Shown: one piece after another, positions 9,206 to 19,121 of the stretch
How positions within the stretch are numbered: position 1 is the first letter of the stretch
Layout: every line of letters begins with the position of its first letter
DNA from: Verrucomicrobiota bacterium
Lineage (GTDB): Bacteria; Verrucomicrobiota; Verrucomicrobiia; Methylacidiphilales; UBA1321
Length of the DNA: 64,000 bases
Assembly: GCA_013286145.1 (NCBI GenBank)
Contig: JABDGH010000004.1
Coordinates: forward strand, 5,874-69,873
Direction: 5' to 3'
Notes under the pieces: model-generated
Database searches by the model: none
What the model saw: the letters and a program-made list of their open reading frames with translations, nothing else
What the model was told of the DNA's origin: nothing
Position numbers and translations under genes: made by a program

Positions 9206-11359
9206 ATGTCCACTTCGTCGTCCAATCGGCTCGCTCGCGAAAAATCGCCCTACCTGCTTCAGCACGCCCACAATCCCGTCGATTGGTTTCCGTGGGGCGA
9301 AGAGGCCTTCGCGAAGGCACGCGCGGAGGATAAGCCGATCTTCCTCTCAGTCGGTTATTCGACCTGCCATTGGTGTCATGTGATGGAGCACGAGTCGTTT
9401 GAATCGGCGGCCATTGCCGCTTTTCTCAAGGAGCATTTTGTCAGCATCAAGGTTGATCGCGAGGAGCGTCCCGATGTCGATCAGGTTTACATGACTTTTG
9501 TGCAGGCGACGACGGGTCACGGCGGCTGGCCGATGAGCGCGTGGCTGACGCCCGATCTGCGTCCGTTTGTCGGCGGCACTTATTTTCCACCGACCGATAT
9601 GCCCGGTCGCCCGGGATTCATCACCGTGCTGCGGCGGATCGCGGAGCTTTGGAAATCGGATCGCGCGCAAATCGAGGACAAGGCGCGTTCGCTCCTGACC
9701 GCCCTTCAGGAGGCGGAGGATGAAGTGATAAAAGGCGCGCACGATTCGTGGAACACGGCGAAGACGGTGCAACTCGGGCTTTCCCAATACACGCGCATGT
9801 TCGATGGATCCGAGGGCGGTTTTGGTGGCGCGCCGAAATTCCCGCGTCCGGTCAATCTGCAATTCCTTTTTCAAGTTGCCGCACAAAAAGGGAGCGCCGG
9901 AAAAGATGCCGAAGTGGCCCAGAGCATGGCGTTGCATACGTTGCGCAAAATGGCGAGTGGCGGAATGCACGATCACCTGGGCGGTGGCTTTCATCGTTAT
10001 TCGGTCGATGCCGAATGGCATGTGCCGCATTTCGAAAAGATGCTCTATGACCAGGCGCAACTGGCGCAGGCTTACCTGACCGCTTACCAGGTTTCGGGCG
10101 ATGATTGTTTCGCGAAAGTTGCGCGCAATATTCTTCAATACGTCGAGCACGACCTGACCAGCCCCGAGGGCGGATTCTTTTCCGCGGAAGATGCCGACAG
10201 CCTGCCGCGCGCGGATGCGGTCAAAAAAAGCGAGGGTGCCTTTTATATCTGGACCTACAACGAAGCGCTCGAAGTTTTGGGTGAAGAGCGGACCGGGGAA
10301 TTTTGCGCCACGTATGGAGTCGAACGAAACGGCAATGTCCCGGTGAGTTCCGATCCGCATGGCGAATTGGAGGGCACGAATGTTCTCATTCAACGACTCT
10401 CCATCCCGGAAGCTGCGGAACGTTTCAAGCGTCCCCTGGAAAACATGGAGCATCGACTGAATGATGATCGCTCCGTGTTGCTGGCCAAGCGGGGGCTGCG
10501 TCCGCGTCCGCATCTCGACGACAAAATTCTTACCGCGTGGAACGGGCTGATGATCGGCGCTTTTGCGCGAGGCTCGCAAGTGCTCGGAGAATCTTCCCAT
10601 CTCCGCGCCGCCCAACGCGCGGCCACATTCGTGCGCGAGCATCTTTTCGATTCGACGAGCGGAGAACTCAAACGCAGCTATCGCCAGGGGCCTTCCAACA
10701 TCCACGGATTTGCCAGCGACTATGCGTTCCTCATCAGCGGCCTGCTCGATCTTTATGCAGCCGATTTCAATCCCGAGTGGCTTCGCTGGGCGCAACAACT
10801 CCAAGAAACATTTGATCTTCATTTCGGGGACAAGGAGCGCGGCGGTTATTTTTCCACCACGGATCGCGACCCGGCCATTCTCCTGCGGATGAAGGAGGAC
10901 TACGACGGGGCGGAACCGACGCCGAGTTCCGTCGCGGCGCTTAACCTGTGGCGTCTCGGCCAATTGCTGCACGACGATGCGCTGATTGACCGCGCCCGCC
11001 GAACGGTGCATGCCTTCGCCTCGCGACTTGAGGCCCAACCTTTCGGCATACCGCTGCTACTGGCCGCAGCTTCGTTGCTGGAGACTCCGCCGATCCATCT
11101 GATCCTGCACAGTGCCGATCCGGCTCATCCCGGTCTTGCGGCTTTTCTGAAGGAAGCGCGTCGCCGTCATCTTCCGCAATTGATCGTCATCCAAATCACC
11201 GATGCGAAAAGCCGTGATTTTTTCGCTCCAAATCATTCCGTGATCGCCGGCTTGCCAACCACGCCCGATAAGCCGACAGCCTATCTGTGCGAAAATTTCG
11301 CCTGTCGATTACCCGTGACCGACCCGGAGCAGCTCGGAAAACTTCTCAACGATTTATGA
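9206..11359 (+). CDS. Thioredoxin domain-containing protein YyaL/SSP411 (DUF255 + alpha/alpha barrel)
   Basis: [66 protein letters not shown]; ATG at 9206. Confidence 0.93.
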   Translation: MSTSSSNRLAREKSPYLLQHAHNPVDWFPWGEEAFAKARAEDKPIFLSVGYSTCHWCHVMEHESFESAAIAAFLKEHFVSIKVDREERPDVDQVYMTFVQATTGHGGWPMSAWLTPDLRPFVGGTYFPPTDMPGRPGFITVLRRIAELWKSDRAQIEDKARSLLTALQEAEDEVIKGAHDSWNTAKTVQLGLSQYTRMFDGSEGGFGGAPKFPRPVNLQFLFQVAAQKGSAGKDAEVAQSMALHTLRKMASGGMHDHLGGGFHRYSVDAEWHVPHFEKMLYDQAQLAQAYLTAYQVSGDDCFAKVARNILQYVEHDLTSPEGGFFSAEDADSLPRADAVKKSEGAFYIWTYNEALEVLGEERTGEFCATYGVERNGNVPVSSDPHGELEGTNVLIQRLSIPEAAERFKRPLENMEHRLNDDRSVLLAKRGLRPRPHLDDKILTAWNGLMIGAFARGSQVLGESSHLRAAQRAATFVREHLFDSTSGELKRSYRQGPSNIHGFASDYAFLISGLLDLYAADFNPEWLRWAQQLQETFDLHFGDKERGGYFSTTDRDPAILLRMKEDYDGAEPTPSSVAALNLWRLGQLLHDDALIDRARRTVHAFASRLEAQPFGIPLLLAAASLLETPPIHLILHSADPAHPGLAAFLKEARRRHLPQLIVIQITDAKSRDFFAPNHSVIAGLPTTPDKPTAYLCENFACRLPVTDPEQLGKLLNDL

Positions 11360-11403
11360 GATGCGTTGGAAATTGACTGGGAGAAAAGCCCGTGATCCTG
11401 AGC

Positions 11404-12084
11404 TTATGTCCAGCGGTCGATGCGCGAGTCGAGAGTGAAAACCTGGCCTGAAACATGATCGAGTGACGCCAGAAAGGCGACGAAACGGGCGGCATTCTCA
11501 GTCGTGTTGAATCGGCCAAGAGCATGTTCCTTCCGTATTTCTTCACGTCGTTCCGCGGAGAGCGACGCCGTCATCTGCGTTTCAAGAAAACCGGGCAGCA
11601 CCACATTGCAGCGGATATTACGCGGGCCGTACTCACGCGCGATGCTTTGCGCCAGCCCGATGAGTCCCGCCTTGGCCGCGGCATAGATGCTTTGGCCGCG
11701 AGTGCCGCAACGGGCAGCGCGGGAACCAATCAGCAGAATGTGACCGCTCTTTTGCGGCAGCATCAATTTCAACGCGGCGCGGGCGCATAAAAAGGCTCCA
11801 CGCAAATTGGTATCCACGACGTCGGAAAAATCATCCGCAGTCAAACGGGTCACTGCGTTATCACGAACCAGTCCCGCATTGGCAATGAGCAGATCCAATC
11901 GCTCGAGCTGCGAAAAATAAGACTGAACCTGCGCTTCGTCTCGCACGTTCATTTCCTTGCGTCCAGGCGCGCGCACCTCGTTGTTGGCTTCGCGCGAAAA
12001 CTCTTTCTTCAAGGCGCTGGCCAGGTTTCCATCTCCACCGGAAATGAGAATATGTCGGGATGGTGAAGAGGCAGTTCCTAGCAT
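11404..12084 (-). CDS. SDR-family oxidoreductase (FabG-like)
   Basis: SGGDGNLA Rossmann variant, ANAG, catalytic YAAAK, PGFLETQM. Confidence 0.88.
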   Translation of the reverse strand: MLGTASSPSRHILISGGDGNLASALKKEFSREANNEVRAPGRKEMNVRDEAQVQSYFSQLERLDLLIANAGLVRDNAVTRLTADDFSDVVDTNLRGAFLCARAALKLMLPQKSGHILLIGSRAARCGTRGQSIYAAAKAGLIGLAQSIAREYGPRNIRCNVVLPGFLETQMTASLSAERREEIRKEHALGRFNTTENAARFVAFLASLDHVSGQVFTLDSRIDRWT

Positions 12085-12236
12085 GACCCATTCATACTAA
12101 CCCACCCAGGCGCTTCGGAACAATCCTTGCTGAAAGGAAGTAAAGGCTTTCACTTTTTGCGCAAGCGATAAGCGGGAATCCCTTGTGGTGCTTGAAAATT
12201 TTGTGACGCCACTTTCGCGTTTGGTTTATCAAGCCA

Positions 12237-12310
12237 TGTCCTTCGACTTCGCCTCGGGTAAGTCTTAGATTCAACCACCGCTTTGCATCTCGGCTCCGCT
12301 CAGGATGACG
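12237..12310. repeat. Degenerate copy of the GTCATCCTGAGC palindromic repeat family
   Basis: GTCCTTCGACTTCGC... and GCTCAGGATGACG (12298-12310) match the copies at 4125, 14656, 42001 and 46050. Confidence 0.55.
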
Positions 12311-12345
12311 AGGAGAGAAGTGCGTTCATGTTAATCGAAAACACT

Positions 12346-12699
12346 CTATCGCCTTCCGTCAATCAGTTCCCAGAACTCGGGCACTTTTTGCAGCATCTCG
12401 TCCTCGGCCATGGGCAGTTTGGTGCGGAAGAGGAAATCCTTGAGCGTGTTTTTATGCAACACGCGATGGATCAACAGGCCCGCGTCGGTATGTTCGAAAT
12501 AAATCCGGTAATCTTTTGTGCGATAGCGATAGAGATTGCGGCCTTTGCGGTGAAGCTTGCCGAATTTTTCCGAATCGACGTTTTTCAGATCCTCGGGAAG
12601 GAAATTAAATTCGCTGAGGATTTGCAGTTGGAGAGTTTTAGGCAGATGGGCCAGTTCGGCGGCACTGCGATCGTTGAAAACAATTTGGAACACGGTCAA
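12346..12699 (-). CDS. RelE/ParE-fold protein without an adjacent antitoxin
   Basis: FQIVFN..S..EL..LP, LYRYRTKDYRIYF and IHRVLHK fit the RelE-superfamily pattern. Confidence 0.65.
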   Translation of the reverse strand: MTVFQIVFNDRSAAELAHLPKTLQLQILSEFNFLPEDLKNVDSEKFGKLHRKGRNLYRYRTKDYRIYFEHTDAGLLIHRVLHKNTLKDFLFRTKLPMAEDEMLQKVPEFWELIDGRR

Positions 12700-12717
12700 C
12701 CAGTCTCCATCAAAAAA

Positions 12718-14043
12718 TCAATTTCCGGTAGCTTTTTTGACGGGTGCCGGTTTTACGTCATTGGGGGTCGCGTCCGGGTTGGTCATACCCGTTCGGGGTT
12801 GTTCACCATAAAGCAGGTAAGGGCGTCGCGCTTCCCGGTAAGCCGCCAGCGAAGCCTGCCAGGAGGTGATGATGGCGTCGGGAGTATCGCCTTTTTGCAG
12901 GGAAGTGCGCAGGGCATCGCCACCGGCAATTTTATCGAACGCATCGGGGCCTGATTCACCGCTGGCATCGGGCAGGAACATTTTCGTCCCTGGATCGTGA
13001 TAGACCCGATAAAGAATCTGCACCGCCAGGTTGCACAAATTCACCTTGTCCCGATCCGTGTAAAAAATCTGGACGCCATTCAACACCTTGTCCTTGAACA
13101 CGCCATAGAATGGCTTGAAGGTGGTGGGACGAAAGAGCACCCCGGGAATTTGCAACTGGTTAAACTGTTCGGCGAGAGTGAACGAGTTAAAGGAGGGATG
13201 TCCCACGACGTCAAAAGGGAGCGTGTACCCGACGCCGTGGCTTATTCCGCCTGCCTCGCCGAGAAAGCCAGTGGCCACGTAATTGAGCGCTGTCTCTGGA
13301 GTCGGAATGTGGGGCGACGTGGGTACCCAGATCAGGCCGGTGTCATCCCAATACATGGAACGATACCAACCCGTCATGCGAACGACGGTGAGGGCCGGTT
13401 TCTTTTTGATCCAGCCTGGGGTCTGGTCAATCATGTAGGCCAGCTCGCAGGGCGTGAGGCCATAGACGTAAGGGATATTCCATTGGCAGACAAAATTGCG
13501 AAATCCCGGGGCTGGCATCATGCCTTCCACGCGATTGCCGTTCAGCGGATTGGGCCGGTCGAGAACGAAAAACTTGATGTGCGCCTCCCCGGCCGCCTCC
13601 ATCGCAAGACCGAGTGTGCTGATAAAAGTGTAGCTGCGACAGCCGATGTCCTGGATGTCATAGACGAGGACATCGATGCCCTTGAGCATCTCCGGTGTCG
13701 GCTTGGTCGTCGGGCCGTAAAGGGAATAAATCGGCAGGCCCGTATGTGCGTCAGTGCTTGATGCAACGTAGGCCCCGGCCCAGTCGGAACCATAAACGCC
13801 ATGTTCCGGGCCGAAAAGCGCCACCAGTTTCACGCCGGGCGCGTGACGCAAAATATCGACCGTGCTTATTCCGCGGGAATCGACCCCGGTGGCGTTGGTG
13901 ATCAGCCCAACGCGCATCCCCTGGAGTTGATCGAATTGGTTTGCCTCCAAGACGTCGATGCCGAGTTTGACCTTGGCGGCGTGCACCAACGGCATGAAAA
14001 AAAGAAGCCCGATAAGCAGAAAGGCCGTGCGGAAAATGTGCAT
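12718..14043 (-). CDS. DUF1343 / exo-beta-N-acetylmuramidase NamZ-family protein
   Basis: Signal peptide; VGLITN.TG, LFGPEHG, SLYG, DIQDIGCRSYTF, VLDRPNP, W.PTSP. Confidence 0.9.
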   Translation of the reverse strand: MHIFRTAFLLIGLLFFMPLVHAAKVKLGIDVLEANQFDQLQGMRVGLITNATGVDSRGISTVDILRHAPGVKLVALFGPEHGVYGSDWAGAYVASSTDAHTGLPIYSLYGPTTKPTPEMLKGIDVLVYDIQDIGCRSYTFISTLGLAMEAAGEAHIKFFVLDRPNPLNGNRVEGMMPAPGFRNFVCQWNIPYVYGLTPCELAYMIDQTPGWIKKKPALTVVRMTGWYRSMYWDDTGLIWVPTSPHIPTPETALNYVATGFLGEAGGISHGVGYTLPFDVVGHPSFNSFTLAEQFNQLQIPGVLFRPTTFKPFYGVFKDKVLNGVQIFYTDRDKVNLCNLAVQILYRVYHDPGTKMFLPDASGESGPDAFDKIAGGDALRTSLQKGDTPDAIITSWQASLAAYREARRPYLLYGEQPRTGMTNPDATPNDVKPAPVKKATGN

Positions 14044-14229
14044 GCGTCTGTTAAGGGATATAGGAGACGGGACAGAGGCGGTCAAGTGATGGTCACCTTG
14101 CGATGTGCCGATAATGGGGTAGATTGAAGTAGAAAAAACAAGACGCATTTACTTCCCCAAGCGGCCTTCATTGAGAAATAAATCGAAGGGAAGGCACCGG
14201 GAAAGCGTCTTAGAAGAAGAGGTAATCTT

Positions 14230-14529
14230 ATGAAAAAATTCTTTCTTATTCTTATATTTGCATTTTTGGCGGTGGCTGGTTTTTCAAGCCAGGCTAGCGC
14301 AGGGGTGCATGTCAATGTAGGCGTGGGTTTTGGCGGCCCCTATCAGGGTGGATATTATGCCCCGGGTTATTACGGGTACTACTATCCTCCCCCTTATTAT
14401 GATTATTACGATTACGGGCCTGCCATCTATGTGGGGCCGGGTTACTATCCGTGGTATCATGGATACTGGCATGGTGGATATACCTACCATCACAGCAGCC
14501 ATTATCATGGAGCCTATTCCCATCATTAA
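14230..14529 (+). CDS. Small secreted Tyr/Gly/His-rich protein
   Basis: AGAGG RBS, MKK signal peptide ending ASA, low-complexity YYGYYYPPPYY and a His-rich tail, downstream terminator. Confidence 0.75.
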   Translation: MKKFFLILIFAFLAVAGFSSQASAGVHVNVGVGFGGPYQGGYYAPGYYGYYYPPPYYDYYDYGPAIYVGPGYYPWYHGYWHGGYTYHHSSHYHGAYSHH

Positions 14530-14555
14530 ACTGGTGCATTGATCTGATGAGAGTT

Positions 14556-14586
14556 AATTCCCCGCCGCAATCGGCGGGGAATTTTG
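14556..14586 (+). terminator. Intrinsic terminator, possibly bidirectional
   Basis: AATTCCCCGCCG-CAAT-CGGCGGGGAATT followed by TTT, between convergent genes. Confidence 0.75.
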
Positions 14587-14589
14587 TTT

Positions 14590-14618
14590 CTCGTACCCAA
14601 GTTCAACTTGGGTACGAG
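14590..14618. repeat. Perfect 12-bp-stem palindrome (REP-like)
   Basis: CTCGTACCCAAG-TTCAA-CTTGGGTACGAG. Confidence 0.6.
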
Positions 14619-14674
14619 GGGAAGAAAGAATCGAACTGATCGATTCGTCTTTAGACCCTGAGCTTATCGAAAGA

Positions 14675-15331
14675 TCAGGATGACGGATTTTCCAACTGCT
14701 CCCGTACGCGCTGACAGTAAGCGGGAATGTCTCGGCTTTGCAAAAGCGCCGAAACGATGACCACTCGCAATGCCCCGGCGGCAATAACTTTGTGCAACGT
14801 CAGTTCGTTGATGCCTCCGATACAAAATTGCGGCACATGAACCTGCCCGCGAACCCGTCCGATCAGCGCCGGGCCGACCGGGACGTAATCGGGCTTGGTC
14901 GGCGTCGCGAAGATCGGCCCGACCCCGATGTAATCGGCACCTTCGCGTTCAGCCGCCACGGCCTGTTCGAAGCTGTGAGTCGATTTTCCCACCACTACTT
15001 CGGCTCCTGCCTGGGCACGAGCCTCAGCCACGGAAAGATCGTCCTGTCCGACATGAATCCCATCCGCGCCGATTTCCGGCACCAGTTCGGGATGATCATT
15101 AAGGATGAATAGCGGGCCCGTGGCAGGAATGAGTGCGCGCATTTTTTTACCCAGGTTCGCAATGACAGGAAGGGTGAGCTTTTTTGCCCGCAACTGAATG
15201 ATATCCACGCCACCAGCGACGAGTTGACTGGTGATGTGCGCCAGGCGTTCAGGTTCCACGTAACCCGTATCGACGATGGTGTAGAGGCGCGCGCGCGCAA
15301 GCTGCTGACGGCGTTGTTCAAGAGCGCTCAG
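14675..15331 (-). CDS. thiE: Thiamine-phosphate synthase; start probably a non-canonical CTG at 15331
   Basis: QLRAK, FILND, GIHVGQDDL, GKSTHS, DYIGVGPIFATPTK, IGGI; the conserved N-terminal RLYTIVD lies upstream of the first GTG (15259). Confidence 0.9.
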   Translation of the reverse strand: MSALEQRRQQLARARLYTIVDTGYVEPERLAHITSQLVAGGVDIIQLRAKKLTLPVIANLGKKMRALIPATGPLFILNDHPELVPEIGADGIHVGQDDLSVAEARAQAGAEVVVGKSTHSFEQAVAAEREGADYIGVGPIFATPTKPDYVPVGPALIGRVRGQVHVPQFCIGGINELTLHKVIAAGALRVVIVSALLQSRDIPAYCQRVREQLENPSS

Positions 15332-15345
15332 GATGACGGCTCTTT

Positions 15346-16719
15346 CTACCCTTCACGCGGAGGCAGGATGGATTGGCGTTGCTTGATGAAGCCCTCGACA
15401 AAATTGGTGCTGTAACGACCCCGGCGAAAATCGGGATCCTTGAGGATAAGCTGGCCAAACGGCACCGTCGTCTTGATGCCCCGGATGACAAATTCATCGA
15501 GCGCGCGGGACATGCGATTCATAGCCGTCGTGCGATCACTGCCAAACGCGATCAACTTGCCAATCATCGAATCGTAATAGGGCGGCACGGTATAACCGGC
15601 ATAGACGTGGGAATCCCAACGGATGCCATGGCCGCCCGGCGCATAGAAAAGATCAATCTTGCCGGGACTGGGCCGGAAATCATTGAAAGGGTCTTCCGCA
15701 TTGACGCGCACCTCGATGGCGTGTTTTTGCGGCTGAAGATCGTCGAAATCCTTGTTGAGCCTGTCCCCCAGCGCGATGCGGATTTGTTCCTTCACCAGGT
15801 CGATTCCATAAACCTCTTCCGTCACGGGATGTTCCACCTGGATGCGAGTGTTCATTTCCATGAAATAAAAGTTCATCTTGTCATCGACGAGGAACTCAAT
15901 CGTGCCCGCATTCTCGTAATTAACCGCGTGGGCCAGCTTGATCGCGGCGCGTCCCATCGCTTTCCGCAAAGCTGGCGTTACAAGCGGTGAAGGCGACTCT
16001 TCGAGCAGTTTCTGATTGCGGCGCTGGATCGAGCAATCGCGTTCGCCGACATGGATGATTTTTCCATACTTATCGGCAAGAATTTGAAATTCGATGTGGT
16101 GCGGGTTCTCGATCAGCTTTTCGAGATAGAGCGCGCCATTGTTAAAGGCTTTTTCGGCTTCCATGCGAGCCGCATTGAAACCCTGAACCAGGCTGACATC
16201 GTTATGGGCCTGGCGCATGCCGCGACCTCCGCCGCCCGCAACTGCCTTGATCATGATCGGATACCCGATCTGCTTGGCGATTTTCAGGGCTTCCTGGTCG
16301 GTTTCGACGATTCCATTACTGCCCGGTGTTACAGGTACCCCGGCCTTGCGAGCCATTTCGCGGGCAATCGCCTTGTTGCCCATTTTCTTGATCGCATCGG
16401 CCTTGGGGCCAATAAATTTGATATTGCAACTCTCGCAAACCTCGGCGAAATGCGCGTTCTCCGCCAGAAAGCCATAGCCGGGATGGATGGCGTCCACGTC
16501 GCCAATCTCGGCGGCACTGATGATGCGGTCGATCTTGAGATAACTATCCTGGCTCGCAGCTTTACCGATACAGATTGCTTCGTCTGCCAGTTGAACGTGG
16601 AGGGAATCGACATCCGCCTCCGAATAGACCGCGAGCGTTTTGATTCCAAGTTCCTTGCAAGCACGAATGATGCGAAGGGCGATCTCGCCGCGATTGGCGA
16701 TTAGTATCTTGTCAAACAT
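15346..16719 (-). CDS. accC: Acetyl-CoA carboxylase biotin carboxylase subunit
   Basis: [62 protein letters not shown]. Confidence 0.97.
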   Translation of the reverse strand: MFDKILIANRGEIALRIIRACKELGIKTLAVYSEADVDSLHVQLADEAICIGKAASQDSYLKIDRIISAAEIGDVDAIHPGYGFLAENAHFAEVCESCNIKFIGPKADAIKKMGNKAIAREMARKAGVPVTPGSNGIVETDQEALKIAKQIGYPIMIKAVAGGGGRGMRQAHNDVSLVQGFNAARMEAEKAFNNGALYLEKLIENPHHIEFQILADKYGKIIHVGERDCSIQRRNQKLLEESPSPLVTPALRKAMGRAAIKLAHAVNYENAGTIEFLVDDKMNFYFMEMNTRIQVEHPVTEEVYGIDLVKEQIRIALGDRLNKDFDDLQPQKHAIEVRVNAEDPFNDFRPSPGKIDLFYAPGGHGIRWDSHVYAGYTVPPYYDSMIGKLIAFGSDRTTAMNRMSRALDEFVIRGIKTTVPFGQLILKDPDFRRGRYSTNFVEGFIKQRQSILPPREG

Positions 16720-16751
16720 GGATCAGGGCAAAAGAAGCTTTTGAGGGGTGG

Positions 16752-17234
16752 TTAAGCAGGTCGGACGGCAAAGAGTGGCTTGCCAAATTCGACCGGTTTG
16801 CCGTTAGGCGCCAAAACTTCAACGATAACGCCGTGAGTTTCGGCTTTAATTTCGTTCATTACCTTCATGGCTTCGATAATGCAAACGACCGTGTCTTCGT
16901 TCACTTCCTGCCCAATTTCAATATAGGGAGCCGAATCGGGAGAGGGAGAGCGATAGAATGTCCCCACCATGGGCGATACGATTTGAGAAAGAGCAGCACC
17001 CGCCGCTGAAACCGCTGGTGTCGATATTGGAGTTGCCGCTGAGACCGCTGGAATCGAAGTAACCTGGACGTGTTGGGTAGGTGCCGAGCTCGAAGCTGGA
17101 GTCGTTGAGGCAACCCATTCGCCTCCGGGACCGCGCTTGACGCGGAGCTTGAAGTCTCCCTTTTCGAGTTCGAATTCCGAGAGGCCGTTTCGTGTCATCA
17201 GGTCAATGACAGCTTTGATTTCCTTGAGGTCCAT
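16752..17234 (-). CDS. accB: Acetyl-CoA carboxylase biotin carboxyl carrier protein
   Basis: [17 protein letters not shown] biotinylation motif; directly upstream of accC. Confidence 0.97.
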   Translation of the reverse strand: MDLKEIKAVIDLMTRNGLSEFELEKGDFKLRVKRGPGGEWVASTTPASSSAPTQHVQVTSIPAVSAATPISTPAVSAAGAALSQIVSPMVGTFYRSPSPDSAPYIEIGQEVNEDTVVCIIEAMKVMNEIKAETHGVIVEVLAPNGKPVEFGKPLFAVRPA

Positions 17235-17419
17235 AGGCTTTTAAAACTCACGATCTTTTGAATCGCAAGGGGGTTATTTTTAGGGTTGGAAAGCTCATTG
17301 GTCAAAGGATTTTAACTTTAATGATAAAGTTATGGATTGTTACCTCTAAGGCATCTATTGACGGAATTACGAAAGACAACGGAAGTAAAGAATCACGGAG
17401 CGAGTTCCGAGGTATTTTA

Positions 17420-17503
17420 AGGTAGCCGCCGCTGTCCCCAGCGGCGGAAGATTGGAAGAAGCTGCACGAAAGGCACCGCCGCTGGGGACAGCGGCGGCTA
17501 CCT
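17420..17503. repeat. GTAG-type REP doublet (REPIN-like inverted pair)
   Basis: GTAGCCGCCGCTGTCCCCAGCGGCGG (17422-17447) and its exact reverse complement (17476-17501); each unit is itself a hairpin with a 5' GTAG. Confidence 0.8.
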
Positions 17504-17621
17504 CGGAAGCGGTTATCCAGACAAAGCCGAGGCAAGCTTTGAGAAATTAAACCCAAAAAAGGATTAAAAAACGAAAAAAGTTGCGGGGAGCCGGGCTGCG
17601 CCACAAGGTATTCGGCCAGTC

Positions 17622-19028
17622 ATGGCAACACCTTCTCTCTCCCCGGTTCAGGCACCTCCACGCGCGTTTCACTTTCTTGGCATTTGCGGAACCGCCATGG
17701 GGGCGGTGGCTGCCATGTTGCGCGACGAAGGCTATGCGGTGACCGGTTCAGACGAGAGCGTCTATCCTCCCATGTCAACCTTCCTCGCGGAAAAGGGGAT
17801 TACCATCCAAGCTGGTTACCGCCCGGAAAATCTCCCCACGGAGGATGTGATCCTTGTCGTGGGAAACACGATCAAGCGCGGCAATCCCGAACTGGAGGCG
17901 GCGCTCGAAGCGAAGCGCTTTTATCTCTCGTTGCCGGAGACGTTGAAAACCTATTTCCTGCGCAAGACCCATAACCTCGTTGTGACCGGGACGCATGGCA
18001 AAACAACGACGACCTCGCTTCTCGCGTGGATTTTTGAACATGCCGGACGCAAGCCTTCCTATCTGATCGGTGGGCTGCCGAAAAATCTGCCTCAGGGCTG
18101 CACCAAGCAATCGGGGTCTTATTGGATTTTAGAGGGCGACGAATACGACACCGCCTTCTTCGACAAGCGAAGCAAATTCCTCCATTACCTGCCCGAGCTG
18201 GTCATCATCAACAATCTCGAATTCGACCATGCCGATATTTTCGACAACCTGGCGGCCATCCAAAAATCATTCTCGCACCTTGTGCGGATCGTCCCGCGCA
18301 ATGGCATGGTGCTGGTCAATGCCGACGACGCCAACGCGCTCGCCGTGGTGAAGGAAAGTCCCGCCCCCATCCTCGAAGTCGGTTTTTCGGAAAATGCCGC
18401 GGTTCGGATCCACGATGTTCGGACCGAGGGTGAGATGCAGGTTTTCCGGATGTTTGAGACTGAGTTCACGCTGCCAATGTCGGGCACGTTCAATGTCCGC
18501 AATGCCGCCATGGCGATTGCTGCCGCCCATTTTTACCAGATTCCGCTGCCGGAAATCGTCAAGGCCGTGGCCACATTTGAGGGCGTGAAGCGCCGCCAGG
18601 AAATCCGTGGCGAAGTGCGCGGCGTGACCATCATTGATGACTTCGGTCATCACCCCACCGCCATGCGCGAAACCTTGCAGGGGTTGCGCCAACGTTTCCC
18701 TCACCGCCGATTGTGGGCCTTGTTTGAACCCCGAAGTAACACGACCCGGCGCGCGGTCTTTCAAAAAGATTTGCCTGCGGCGCTTTCACTCGCCGATGGC
18801 GTTTTCGTGGCCCAAGTAGCGATGCTGGAACAAATTCCCGTCCATGAACGGCTGCATCCCGAGCAAGTCGTCGCCGACATCAATGCGGCGGGGGTGCCTG
18901 CCTATTATGAATCGAATGCCGATGCCATTGTCGCCAAACTTAACCCACTTTTGAAACCGGGCGATGTTGTGGTAGTCTTTAGCAATGGCGGGTTCGGGGG
19001 AATTCACCAAAAATTGCTGGAATTGTAG
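17622..19028 (+). CDS. mpl: Murein peptide ligase
   Basis: HFLGICGTAMG, GTHGKTTTTS, EGDEYDTAFFDKRSKFLHY, EFDHADIF, DDFGHHPTA, EPRSNT, SNGGFGGIH. Confidence 0.95.
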   Translation: MATPSLSPVQAPPRAFHFLGICGTAMGAVAAMLRDEGYAVTGSDESVYPPMSTFLAEKGITIQAGYRPENLPTEDVILVVGNTIKRGNPELEAALEAKRFYLSLPETLKTYFLRKTHNLVVTGTHGKTTTTSLLAWIFEHAGRKPSYLIGGLPKNLPQGCTKQSGSYWILEGDEYDTAFFDKRSKFLHYLPELVIINNLEFDHADIFDNLAAIQKSFSHLVRIVPRNGMVLVNADDANALAVVKESPAPILEVGFSENAAVRIHDVRTEGEMQVFRMFETEFTLPMSGTFNVRNAAMAIAAAHFYQIPLPEIVKAVATFEGVKRRQEIRGEVRGVTIIDDFGHHPTAMRETLQGLRQRFPHRRLWALFEPRSNTTRRAVFQKDLPAALSLADGVFVAQVAMLEQIPVHERLHPEQVVADINAAGVPAYYESNADAIVAKLNPLLKPGDVVVVFSNGGFGGIHQKLLEL

Positions 19029-19121
19029 TAAGTCGTTGTGACTGAGCATTCCAGACATTACAATTCCGTAATTAAAAAAATTATTAGAATCCTTTATGGG
19101 CTATCAGGGGTCTAATTAAAT

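Noticed and set aside
8886-9320. ORFs overlapping tRNA-Gln, tRNA-His (26462-26773), the att repeat (29960-30151) and tRNA-fMet (54542-54919)
   Set aside because: Explained by RNA genes or repeats; spurious translations
9347-11038. 563-aa antisense ORF, and similar long antisense ORFs at 34404-35411, 51016-51945, 60953-61900 and 15373-16704
   Set aside because: They lie fully opposite well-supported genes, show no recognisable motifs, and are expected shadows of GC-rich codon usage
17302-17604. 100-aa ORF in the accB-mpl intergenic region
   Set aside because: It runs through the REP doublet and promoter DNA and has no protein-like features
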